Shown here one piece after another: positions 1 through 11,644 of a stretch of 63,590 nucleotides of DNA (position 1 is its first letter; each line of letters begins with the position of its first letter). The position numbers and the translations under genes are program-made. Below the pieces are notes generated by a model. It worked only from the letters and a program-made list of their open reading frames with translations, was not told the DNA's origin and made no database searches. Source of the DNA: Guillardia theta CCMP2712 (taxonomy: Eukaryota > Protista > Cryptophyta); NCBI RefSeq assembly GCF_000315625.1, contig NW_005434603.1, positions 332,235-395,824 on the forward strand, in the 5' to 3' direction.

Positions 1-2178
1 GGAGGGACGGAGGGAGTCGTTTACAGGGATCTGACAGACGTTCTCAGTGTTCCGAGGTTGCTGGATGCCATCAAGTCCTGCCAGGTGGAGCGGGAGGGGA
101 CGCGCGTGTCTGCATCGAGATACTTCAGCGGGAACGAGGACGGAGACCACACGGACGTGCTGACGATCACTTTAGTCGGCGACCCGAACATGGGCAAGTC
201 GTCGGTATGAGGAGAAACGAGAAGAGGGGAGGGGATCGGTGGAGGAGGAGAAGAGGAGGAACTGTTGGGCGGCCGAGAGCAAGGGAGGGAGTGCGCTCGA
301 TAGACGGAATGAGGGAGTGGGGGATCAGAGTGCGGAGTCCCCGAGATAGCCCTCCGACCATCGTGTCCTCTTCCTCGCCTGAGATCGTCTGCTCTAGGTG
401 ATCAACAGCATCTTCGGGAAGAAGGTTGTCTCCTCCTCGTCCACGCCGGGGCACACGAAGCACTTTCAAACTCTCTTCCTGTCGCTGCTCCTGCTACCCT
501 CCCTCTGTCTGAAGTTTCTCGAGCAGCACCAAGAGAGTTTGCTTCTGCGACTCCCCGGGAGTTGTTTGCCCGAAGCTCAAGATCCCCCGAACTTTGCAGG
601 TGTAGTAGGGAGGAGCTGGGAAGAAGGCAGGAGGCAGGAGGCAGGAGGCAGGAGGCAGGAGGCAGGAGGCAGGAGGCAGAAGGCAGGAGGCAGGAGGCAG
701 GAGGCAGGAGGCAGGAGGCAGGAGGCAGGAGGCAGGAGGCAGGAGGCAGGAGGCAGTAGGCAGTAGGCAGGAGGAGAGAAGTACAGTACAGGAATGGACA
801 TACAGCGGAAGACGGAAACGAGCAGGAGAGCTGACCAGTAGGCAAGGTCATCTTCGGGTCCTACAGGATCGCACAGGTCAGAGAACCTTACAGCATCATT
901 CGATTCATCGCCGAGAAGTGTGATCCTCCTCTCTCCGAGGTGACCCTCTGGCTCTCTTACTTGCTCCTTCTCCCCTCTTCTCGTCACGTTTCTCGCTCCC
1001 TTTTCCCTTCGTCTCTACCTCCTTCCTCCTTCCTCCTTCGAGGGCTCTCGTCCCTCGTCCCTCGTCCCTCGTTCCTCGTCCCTCGTCCCTCGTCCCTCGT
1101 CCCTCGTCCCTCGTCCCTCGTCCCTCGTCCCTCGTCCCTCGTCCCTCGTCCTTCGTCCCTCGTCCCTCGTCCCTCGTCCCTCGTCCCTCGTCCCTCGTCC
1201 CTCGTCCCTCGTCCCTCGTCCCTCGTCCCTCGCTCCCTTCCTCTTAAACCATGCGCATGGCGTCATTTCTGTTCAGGTCTACGCGCTGGATGCCTACCGC
1301 GAGGATGAGGTGGAGGTGCGACGTTGTCCTCTCCTCCCCCCCTTCCCTCACCGCCCAAGCACGACCTGATGAATGACTGACAGTGGTCGCCCTTTGGCCT
1401 GTGTGAGGCTTTCGCAAGGAAGCACTCCTACTTCACTAAGGTCGAGCCCGTCTGAGCTAGCCACTCCTGCTCCTGCTCCTCCTGCTCGTCTCCTACCTTA
1501 TCAAAAGCATCCTTCCTTCACGTTTACTCGCCTCGTTCTCCTCATTTTGTCTCCCTGGTGCTCTTCGTGATTTCCATAGGGTCCTTCAGGCTTCTTTCTC
1601 CGTACATCCTCATCCTCCTTCCTGTCTTGGCACCTCCCCCTCTTCCTCCTTCACTTTTTCACGCCCTCGGTCTCTTGGCAGGGGGGAAAGCCTGAAGCTC
1701 ACAGAGCAGCCAACTTGCTGTTGAGGTAGGAGGGGACGGGAGATGGAGATTTTATGACTCTGATCGCACTGGCAGGAACACGCTCAATGGCCACAAGGTG
1801 ACAACCCATGACATTCTTAGATTCTCCTCCTCCTCCTCCTCCTCCTCCTCCTCACTCTTTCCATTCTCGCAGATCGTCTTGAGTTTTCTGCCTCCCGGGC
1901 TGAGCGCGCAAGACTACAGGGAGATCAAGTCACAGTGCGAGGGCATGCAGTGGATGAGAAGTTTGTTGGACGGCCACCAGGGAGTGGACACCAGCAAGGG
2001 AGGAAAGGATTTTCTCAGCGAGAGCGAGAGCGAGGAGGAGGAGGAGGAGGAGGAGGGAGGGCAAGACCAGGGTGCCGAGCAGGGATCATCGAGCGATGGA
2101 GAAGGTGGCGCCTCAGAGGAGGAAGCAGACTGTGCGACTAGCAGGGGCATGTTTGCGGCCTTGGAAGTAGATGACTAG
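1..2178 (+). CDS. GNL1: Circularly permuted GTPase, GNL1/Lsg1 family (5' part lies outside the window; multi-exon)
   Basis: Spliced exons give [15 protein letters not shown]|[27 protein letters not shown] (G1/G2), CFCDSPG (G3), [28 protein letters not shown] and [11 protein letters not shown], then an acidic tail ending at TAG 2178. Confidence 0.85.
625..775. repeat. (GGCAGGA)n intronic microsatellite
   Basis: Tandem 7-mer; the same unit recurs at ~27255-27330. Confidence 0.95.
1047..1232. repeat. (CTCGTCC)n intronic microsatellite
   Basis: Tandem 7-mer. Confidence 0.95.
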
Positions 2179-2277
2179 AAATCTTGCGGAGATGTACAAC
2201 AGAATTCCACAACAACGATGAGCAGCTCGTGCTAGGGGCTGCTCTACTAAGTGACAGACGGGAGGAGCATGATTACT

Positions 2278-3778
2278 TCACGAGGGGTAGAAGTGCTCCT
2301 CATCGATGGTAGAGTAGATGTGGCCGTCCAGCGCAAGGTTCTCGATGTGGGACGAGACCTCTGCCCGGGAGACGCTCCTCCCCATCACCCGCGAGACCTG
2401 CTGCACGCAGTTGTCGATGGACAGCCCCGTCAGGTCTCCCGTCGCTCCGAAGTCGATGAACGCCTTGTGCACGGCCTCCCGCATGTCCGTCACGGGGCCT
2501 CCAGCAGGACGAGAGCTGTCCACTCTGCCAGCCCCAGCACCTCCGGGCTGGCTGGGAGATGTGAAGCCAGGGCCCATGCTGGGCTTGCCGGGGGACTGGA
2601 AGCTCGAGCTGGGGAAGCCAGTCTGCGGCTTCGAGTCGGCGAGAGGTCCTCGGGTATTGTACAGGTGGGCGTGAATGGTGTCGAAGAGATGGTAAGTGAG
2701 CTCGTTGAAGTCTGTCACAGTGCGCAGGTGGAAGGCAACCATGCTCCTCTTGCCGTTGTGCGACCTGACTTGACCCACCACCCGCACGTACGTCCCCACC
2801 ACCCACTCGGCACGAGAGCGAACCATGAACTCGCTCTCATCCTGCAGGTCGAGTCAGCAGATCTCCCAGAGCCTGACAGCAACGAGGCCACCTGATCAAT
2901 CCACATGATGGCGTCGATGTTGCCTGTCCCGTCCTCGAGCGAGAAGGTCACGCTTGTGCTGGTCTCTTTCACGTCCACGATGTAGGCGATGATGGTGACT
3001 TGCTTGGTGTCTCTCCCGTCAATCTTGATGTCCTCGTCCTGCGAGTCTTGCGGCGCATTCATGACTTGCTTGATCGACACGGGAAGCATTCCCTTCTCCG
3101 CACTGCGGCAACGTGTGTCACTCAAACAGGTCTGGGGAGGTACATTGAAATTACTTGCTCTTCTTTCCCGATCCGCCGCCTCCGCCTCCTGACTGAGAGG
3201 CGATGAAACCTCCTCCTCCATAGCTGCCGATATCACCGTAATCTGCAGCAGATTATCAGTCTCAACATTCAGCTCATCCTGCTGTTCAACTACATTCTTC
3301 GAGCACTTTCTTGCCCTTCTTCTTGCCTACTGATTCCTATCTGTCTATTTTAATCACTGCAACCAGTGTAGCCTCCTATTCCATGCTAAAACTGCAAACA
3401 GCTCATCCCTGTCGCTACTTTACGTCAATGCCATCTCCTGGCCAGGCTCATCTAGGCTTGATATCCAGAAGCAGGTGAAGAGCATTGGTGAGTAGAAGAA
3501 GGGGAAAGAAAAGATGTTGCAAAGACAGGCAGGTGGCGTATGAGTTACAACACTCCATGGTCCAGCCCCAACATGTCAGGTGAACCTTGACCATTTCAAA
3601 GATTCACTTGTTCGTTCTTTGGCAACTGCCTAGTTTTTCGCATGCTCTTGTTCACTTGCTTGCTGTTAGTCACTCTCCCCCTTTCCGCTTCTTGCTCAGT
3701 CTGATACCTGCTCCTGTGCTCTTCCTCCTCCTCCTCCTCCTCCTCCTCCTCCTCCTCCTCCTCCTCTCACTCACCCAT
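2278..3778 (-). CDS. RPA2: Replication protein A 32 kDa subunit
   Basis: ATGG|gtgagt at 3778, then DYGDIGSYGGGGFIASQ, an OB fold (PVSIKQV...LEDGTGNIDA...YVRVVGQVRSHNGKRSMVAFHLRTVTDFNELTYHL) and a C-terminal winged helix (DGHIYSTIDEEHF). Confidence 0.93.
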
Positions 3779-4067
3779 CGCGCGCTGTTTGCCCTTCCCC
3801 TCCCGCCAATTCCCGCTAATATGACTTTCGACCAACAGATCCCACCCCCTACCCCTTGTTTGTTCTTGTATACCCCAGTCTATATCATTAATTTACAGTA
3901 ATCATACCCCGTTATCAAATACCCCCACCCCAACTAAATAATCGTGATCCCCCCCCACCCCCCACCCTCAAGCCCGTCTCGACTAAGACAGCAATCATTT
4001 TCATAATTGGTTTTTCTCTGCCTTCTGAGCACTGAGGCGGGTTGGATGATAGGACTGATTGGAGAGA

Positions 4068-6136
4068 ATGGGGGCCAAGCTTAGTGCGAGAGGAGGAGGA
4101 GGAGGAGGAGGAGGAGGAGGAGGAGGAGGAGGAGGTTTGAGTTGGATGCTACTATGTCTGCTCTGTTTCATGCAGACAAATGCTTGCAGCAAGAGCAGCT
4201 CAAGTCTGTGTCATAGCCTTCTGCTTGACACTCCATCAACTGGTCATCGAACACTCGCCTTCCTCGTTCCTCATGGAAGTAAACTCTGATTGAAAGCTCT
4301 GTCTTGAACTAATCACGATGGTACTGTAGGTAGCTCTCCATTGCCATTCCTGCGCGTCAATGCTCGTAGCATCACCCAACTTCGGTCTGCCGTGGTTTCC
4401 CAGAAAATCCTGAGAAGCAGGGAGCTGTGTGTACGGCGAGCAAGCACCACCACGATGTCAAGATCAAAGCACAACAAGCGGGTGGTGGTATACACCACGG
4501 GGATCGGCGTTCTTGAACAGGACAGCATGACTGGCCAGGTGAATCCCTTGAGACATACAACACGATCCTCACATTTTGAGCACCAGGAGAGATTCCAAGA
4601 CAGCCTCAACGCTGCGAACATGGGCAACAATGCCACTGCCAGCGATGATTCTGATCTAGACAAGACCTTTAGATATCGGTACATCCGAGGGCTGAGACGC
4701 AGCGCAACGACCTTTGCTCACATGCTCAAGGTGTAATGTCATGTACGACGGGACCAACTACAACGGTTTTCAGCTGCAGCATTATCAGCCTTCGATCCAA
4801 GGACTTCTGGAAACTGTCTTGAGGTGGAGATGTCCTGCTTGATTGCTTCTCTCCCTCTTTCCCCTCCCCCCCCACTGCCGCCGCCCTCCATCCCTCCGTC
4901 CCTCGGTCGGTCGGTCCGTCCGTCCGTCCGTCCGTCCGTCCGTCCCTCCCTCCCTCCCTCCAACTCTCATCATTTCTGTATGTCCTTTAGCCGGAAGCTC
5001 CAGCGAAGGACTCGAGTGGTGGGGGCTGGGAGGACTGACAGCGGAGTTCACTCAAGAGGACAAGTAGAGGCGGGGTTCCTTGCGGCATTGTTGCTCATCC
5101 AGTCTCGCAGGTGGTACACTTCGACTCCTCGGAGAACATCACGGACTTGCAGAAGTTCCAGCACGGCATGAACCTGATGCTCCCGCTAGACGTGAAGATC
5201 TGCGGCCTCGAGCACGTGCAGGATGTGAGTGAGCTCGCCGTCTTGGCCATCACTGAGTCGCTCTGATCAGCTAGACTTTGTCCCGCACCTCAACGAAACC
5301 CGTAAGTGGCATGCGATCTACAGCGCGCGGAAGAAGGTAGACAGGAATCTTGCATCCCCCCTGTGAGCCTGTACCCTCAGCTGTACTCATACCGGATCTT
5401 CATCGGGAAAGTGCAAGACCCGATCACAAGGCATAGCCGACATCACGAATACAGAAATGTAGACCTTGATCTGCTGCGGGAGGTCGCAGCCATGTTCGAG
5501 GTTTTCGCTCTTGTGCGTTGTTCCTTGAGCGTGTTTGAACGGCATCGTTCAGGGGACACACGATTTCTCCGCATTCTCGAACACGAGGGGGGATAACTCG
5601 GTACTTGTTGACGTCGTGACGGTGAGTTCCTGCCTGACGCACAGCGTTTGTGTGCAGACAATGGATACAGTCAGAACCATATACAGGGTAAAGCCTTTAC
5701 CCCTCCCTCCCGTCAAGTCCCGACACTAACAGGGCATCCAGGTCGGCGTTGTATTTGAGGGAGAGGGAAACGTAAGGCTCGACTTCGAGCTGGATGGGTA
5801 TGGCAACGCCTCCACCGCTGCTCGCCTTGCTGATGTTGTTTGCCCAGCGCCCTATACAAGATGGTGAGAAACATCGTCGGAACGATCCTCGCCGTGGGTT
5901 CTACTCCCTTGTGGTCAAAGAGTTGAAATCTACTGGCAGGTCTCCTGCGGAAAGATGGAGAAGTCCCGAATCCCTCAGCTCCTTTCAGGAGGGTAAATTG
6001 AACAGCTGCTTGCTGTCACCTCACTAGTAGTGACTTGTGAGGCAGGGGGAACAGAGGAAACGTTCCAATGGCTGCTCCTGCTCATGGACTCTGCTTAGAA
6101 AAAGTTTTTTATGATGCTTATTGTAGTGGCTTCTGA
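4068..6136 (+). CDS. truA: tRNA pseudouridine synthase A (TruA/Pus1 family), probably organelle (plastid) targeted
   Basis: Motifs YDGTNYNGFQ, GAGRTDSGVHSRGQV (catalytic Asp), GTHDFSAF, LYKMVRNIVG and AAPAHGLCLEKVFY lie across short introns. The N-terminus has a hydrophobic stretch and TLAFL. Confidence 0.9.
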
Positions 6137-6540
6137 TCAGATCACGGTGACTGGCTTCCGAGCCGGGAACCCCGGTTACCGTAATATCAGTGTCGTCACG
6201 GGCAGATTCACCCGGTGACCCGCCGTGGCAGTGGAGAGTCCGAACTTCCGAGCCGAGGGACTGCCGCAGTGCCGGGAACTTGAAGTCACACACTGGCCAG
6301 GCTGGGTGGCGACCGTGACCGACCGTCTGAGTCTCAGCGCCGGGAGGGCCGGCACCGGATTCGGAACTTCGGAACTCCGAGTCGGCCGCGCCCGGCCCGC
6401 CGGTCCGCCGCACCCTGACCCGTTCGGAAGTTCCGATTGCGGCATCATCGGATTCCCGTACTACGGTAGTGGCTGAGGCGGGTCTGGGCTTGAGTAAAAT
6501 TTTGCCGTTTTTCCCCCAAGCCGCTTACTTGTGGATGACC

Positions 6541-7370
6541 ATGCCGGGGACAGCAGGAGGCGAAGAGGAGGAGGGAGAAGATGCAGCGCGCGATGGCATG
6601 TGGGGATGAACACGAGAGCTTGATCGGAGTATGCGACTCCTTGAGTCCAGACCATGATGTGAGAAGAGAGCGGTGGACAGAATAGATTGAATTGAGGAGA
6701 GCAATCGTGAGAAACTTGGGGAATAGATCGAAGGGAAAGAAGGAAAGGAAAGGAAAGAAAGAGTAGCACTAAAACATGAAAGACACACTTGTTCAGGCGC
6801 AAAGAAGTAGCGGAAAACGAGGAAGGGAAGGAGCCTGAGTACAATATAGCGAGAAACTTGCAAGGACTAGAAAGTGCAAGCTCTGGAGATGGATGGAAAC
6901 TCCTTGACGTGGCCCTAAGGAATCTGGCAGCTTTCAAGGACAGGAAGGCTGCTCAAGGCAACACTAGGTTGGAGTTTAGAGGCTCTCCTTAGCGGACGCA
7001 GGTGGGAAGTGCACGAACAGGATGGTCCATGACGTCTCGACAGGATCCTTGCCGGGGGGCGATGGGGTGGACGGATTGGAAGTGTTCTGTCTGCGGCAAT
7101 CGAGGGCACAGGTAACGAGACTTCGTTACACGCGCACCCGTGATCTTGACATGGATTTGCTCATAGGAAAAGCGCGAACCCAAACAAATGCTCCAGAGGA
7201 GTTGACAGGATGCTTGACTGGGGTTCGACTATGACATGTTGTGTCTGCCGCAGCCTTGAAAACAGCTTTGTGGAGAAGTGCCCACAATGTGCCGACCGAT
7301 GGGCCAAACTGGAAAGAGAAAAGCAGGAGAGAATGAACACTGTATATGGGCAGACGTATCAGAACATCTA
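6541..7370 (+). CDS. Hypothetical Cys/His-rich (zinc-finger-like) protein
   Basis: Candidate exons give WKCSVCGNRGH|RKSANPNKC and CCVCRSLENSFVEKCPQC, ending YQNI* at 7370. The start and the frame joins are uncertain. Confidence 0.45.
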
Positions 7371-7619
7371 GGGACACCACAGTGCCGGGCCCCAGGACAC
7401 CATCGTACGGGCAGGTACGGGGTGACGGCGGCGCCAGGCCAGAAGGAGATCCAGGAGCCGACTTGTCATGAGGGTGGCTGAGATCCGATGTCCAGTGCCC
7501 TCGCGTGAGGAAGATCAGGCGATGTGAACAAGTCAATCCGATAAGTGTCTATCGACCCACGTTTTTTTAGCGAGATGATGAAAGTGAGTCACTATCCGAT
7601 GATTGGCAATCATGTGTTG

Positions 7620-9050
7620 CCTGAGCAGCCTCAAGTCAGACCGCCGCTTCCAATTCAAGCGGCCGCGTGACTGCCTGAGGCTCAGCGGCCGGGCTCGCAC
7701 CGTCCCGGATCATGCCCGGGCAGCGGGGCCGGGCCGCGGCCCGGCCGCGCAGCGGGACAGTCCGGCGGTCGGCGGCGACACAAATACCGTACTCAGTACT
7801 CGCCGGGCCGCCCGGCGGCCGGGCCCCCGCCGTTAGCCTGTCGGTCCGATTGGGACTCCGGTGCTCACCGTCAGGCTGAGAGTCCGGCGCCGAGTCCTCA
7901 GTGAGCCTCGCCGGTGGCAGTGGACTCGAACCGTCACGGTCCGAGTCCGATCCGGTGCCACGGTGACCGCCGGCTCGCCCGGCCGGGCGGCAGCCGGCCG
8001 CGGGGCCGCGGGGCCCGGCCTGGCCCCGCCGGGCGCTGGGCCCGGCGGCACGGCGGTGACCGGGCGGCGTGCAGTCTCTGCGGCCCGGGGCGGGCCTTGG
8101 CCGGCCGGGCCGGGCTCAACTTTCAACTTGTTCACTGTAACGTCCGACTCTTGGATCCGGCGCGGCCCGGCCCGGGCCGCCGCGGCGCCCGGCGGCCCCG
8201 GCCCAGTGATCGGACGGCAAGTCACACCGCCGGGCCGTCCGGTCAGACGGAGGCTCTCAAGTTCTCAGACTGAGCATCTGACGGACTAGTCAAGTTCTTT
8301 TGAGTCGGGTTCCGATTCCGAAGAAAACTTGAAACTGCGGCGCCTGTGACACTGAGCCGCGAAGGTGAGCGCGCGGCCCGGCCTCGAAACTGTCGGACTC
8401 AGCCTGATCGGACCCGGTCCCAATGATCCTCAGTGCCCTGGCACCGTGGCACCGGGGACCGTCCGATCGTCACGACTGTGGCCCGCCGACGGAGGCTGCC
8501 CGGGCCGGGCCCGTAGCCTGATCGGCCCTGATGATACTACGGTAGTCACTGACCCCGCTTTACTCAGTTAGTAACCGGCGTGCGCGATCATCCGCTGCGG
8601 CTCGGAGGCCAGCCGCGCACTCAGGGGCCGCCGGGCCGGGCAGGCTTGAGCTTAGGCCCGTGACTCGCTGTCATCAGTGAAGATTCAGGGCCCGGCCGCG
8701 CCGCGGCACTGCACTGCACTCTGCCAGGCTGAGTCACGGTGTTGCCACTGTGACATTCGGAGGCTATCCGGGCCATCATGGCACTGATCGGATCCGATCA
8801 GAAGTCCGCGTGTCGGGCCCGGCGAGTCGCGCGCCGCCGCCGGTGGCCGCAGTGGCACACTGGCACCCGGCGGCGCCGCCGGTAGATCGGACCGGACTGG
8901 TGCCCCCCGGGCCCGGACTCGGCCCGTTGACCGGCCGTAACTTGCCAGGTTGCGTGACTGACCGGACTCGATGTATGCCGTACTCACCGGGCGGCCTCGG
9001 AGACGGTTCAACCGTCACTGTTGCGAAGGGAGCTATGCGGTGACACATGG
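7620..9050. promoter_or_regulatory. Largest GC-rich palindromic-word intergenic island (others at ~6140-6480, 12540-13030, 14684-14945, 35200-35350, 40465-40845, 46095-46450, 62995-63240)
   Basis: No credible ORF. Dense CCGG/GGCC/GATC/GTAC, TGACTC, TCAGTG, AACTTGAA and CGGAACT words. Located upstream of gene starts; a regulatory role is inferred only from position. Confidence 0.5.
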
Positions 9051-10072
9051 GTCCTTCAGGGTCAGCATTTGACTGTGGTTAAACCACTCCTGGAGAGTAG
9101 TAAAATATTGGATGACCGTCAGCATCTACTAAAGTTTACAACATGACTTGCAACCTTCCGTGAGCGAGAATCGTTGCGACAGCGAAATCACGTTACCCTG
9201 CGTCGTTCACGGCACCAGTCAAGTCCTTCCGGCCTCTTCTTATTTTCGGTATTTTAGCAGAATTTGATTTTGCCATCATTCCGAGTTTTGACCCTGACAG
9301 AGTACCCCATTGAGGTCCTACGAAAGTACCGGTGCAAATTAGTTTTCATTTTACCACAAAGAACAATCAACATCACAATAATACGTTTTAACTTCGGTGA
9401 GATGATAGAGTGTACCAGACGACTCGAAAAAGATCTTTTTGGAGCATGCAAAATATGTTTTTCCGTCATGACCTTGTGACTGGATCAAATGTTTTCCAAG
9501 AATATAACTCTGCCCTCTTGAGCTTCTTCGTGGTAAAGGGCCGTTCTCCTTCTTGTCTTCTCTAAAAGTACTCTAGTGAACCAACTGGATTCTTTAATTG
9601 AGACACTATGATATTATTGACTTCGTGTCCCCATAGCGTTTTGACCCCTTCTTCTCGCTGCTGTCGTTCTCGGAGTGAGGTCGGGATGGTGAAAAAAATT
9701 CCGTAGCGACTCCTTATACCCACTTTTGCCCACCCACCCTCGGTGGATGTTGACAACTTGACCGACAACCATTGGACCCTCATTTACACTATAATAGAAC
9801 CGGGTACTTTCACAGTACCCCACCCGTCAATTAATTTTAATCAGATTTCTCCCTGCAGCATATAAACCCAGTGAATCTCGCCAGTAGACATCGAGCTCCT
9901 TCAGAGGTTTCCACCCACACCTGCATTGCACCCTCTCTTGTCATAGCGGACAAGTCCCTCTTCTGCTTTCTTGATATCACTACTCCCTCCTTCTCTTCTC
10001 AGTGCTCTCGAACAAACTTCTTGCATTGCACACCTTGAGAAGCCCCACTCTTCAATTCATCGAATCACAACC

Positions 10073-10390
10073 ATGGTCAAGGAAACCAAATTCACCTCTA
10101 TGGACATTGAAGTTCAGAACGACTTCGACTCTCTCACACTCAGCGATGCGTCCCTCCCTGATGATATTTCTTCCGATGGCTCCGAGCTTTTCGGCTACGA
10201 ACACGCGACTCGTTCTCGGAAGGGGAGCATGGACTCCGACGAGATCCTCCTCAACCAGGAGCTTGGATACTACATCGAAGGTCCCTGCAGGGAGAAGCAG
10301 CTGAACGCCTTGAGGCACTGCATCGAGCTGCTGAGCAGACCGGTGAAGCCAGAGATCGTATCGGCGACTGGAGGCATTCTATTACTCTGA
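10073..10390 (+). CDS. Small acidic hypothetical protein (105 aa), copy A of an inverted paralog pair
   Basis: Intronless ORF MVKETKF...GGILLL. Many differences from copy B are synonymous, which supports coding status. TATAAA lies at ~9861. Confidence 0.75.
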   Translation: MVKETKFTSMDIEVQNDFDSLTLSDASLPDDISSDGSELFGYEHATRSRKGSMDSDEILLNQELGYYIEGPCREKQLNALRHCIELLSRPVKPEIVSATGGILLL

Positions 10391-11335
10391 TTCGACATAG
10401 GGAGGTCTCGGAGCTTGAGTAGACCTACTTGTATCTGTATTTTGTACTACTAGTCTTTTCCATCTTATACATAACGTTTCTATCTCTTACATGCAATACA
10501 CCATGAATATCTAATCTTAGTGCATGTGTACAGTCACTGGGATGCATTACTGTACTGTACGAGGTGAGGAACAGTTGCCTTCAAAACATCATGCTCGGTT
10601 GATCCGATTTTGTTTATGTTTTGGTTTCGATTGTATTCCAATCATTGTTTTATATCCACTACAGAATTCAATTGCTGTCAGTATTTCCCTTGCGATAGGG
10701 AGGTTATTCAATTTGTTTTGATAATACAAAGCATACTTGAGTTCTATGTTGCACTCCTCAACGTACCATCTACGAAGTAGATCAACGTAGCATCTACGAA
10801 GTCGGTTTCAGAATGAAAGATTGATTTTGATCCTGATCACATGTACAAAACCCAAAATAATTTGAATGCTGTTACAGAAATGCAGTGCAACAAGTTGATT
10901 TTTTGTCTGTTGCTTTGAGATTGCTCTTGCCCACTGTTGTATTCATTGTTACCTGACATGCCTTAGAATCAAAACTCTATGCACCAAAATATTCAATTTG
11001 ATTGAGAGTGTCTTTAGATCATCAACACGCAATTCTCATTCAGAACAATCACAGCAACTACTATCATGACTTCACCAGATGTCAACAAGACACAGAACGG
11101 TTGGTAAGGTGCAGTAGGAATTATTTGTTCATGTGCAGCTCAGTTGCTGTTGCTATGCTGTCTTTAATTCAGAAAAAAGCAAACAAAATCCAGTCTAAAT
11201 CTACAGAGTATTGATACACGTAGAAAGACAGTACGATATCGATACAGGGCTAAGATCCTCTCGTCGTGAAAATTGAACCTGTCTTCCAATGAGCACTGCC
11301 TTCCTATCCTCCCTATGCTGCATGTTTTTGTCCGA

Positions 11336-11644
11336 TTAAAGTAATAGAATGCCTCCAGTCGCCGATACGATCTCTGGCTTCACCGGTCTGCTCAGCAGCT
11401 CGATGCAGTGCCTCAAGGCGTTCAGCTGCTTCTCCCTGCAGGGACCTTCGATGTAGTATCCAAGCTCCTGGTTGAGGAGGATCTCGTCGGAGTCCATGCT
11501 CCCCTTCCGGGATCGAGGCGCTTGTGCGTAGCCGAAAAGCTCGGAGCCATCAGTCGAGATGTCATCAGGGAGGGATCCGTCGCTGAGAGTTAGAAGATCG
11601 AAGTCGTTCTGAACTTCGATGTCCATGAAAGAGTCTTGCTTCAT
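11336..11644 (-). CDS. Small acidic hypothetical protein (102 aa), copy B of an inverted paralog pair
   Basis: ORF MKQDSFMDIEVQNDFD...GGILLL; its C-terminal half is identical to copy A. Confidence 0.75.
   Translation of the reverse strand: MKQDSFMDIEVQNDFDLLTLSDGSLPDDISTDGSELFGYAQAPRSRKGSMDSDEILLNQELGYYIEGPCREKQLNALRHCIELLSRPVKPEIVSATGGILLL

Noticed and set aside
7603-9048. Many Pro/Gly/Arg/Ala-rich ORFs on both strands
   Set aside because: By-product of very high GC in the island; no recognisable motifs or splice structure.
10308-10330. Possible Rb-binding LxCxE motif (LRHCIE)
   Set aside because: Spacing is LxxCxE, not LxCxE.
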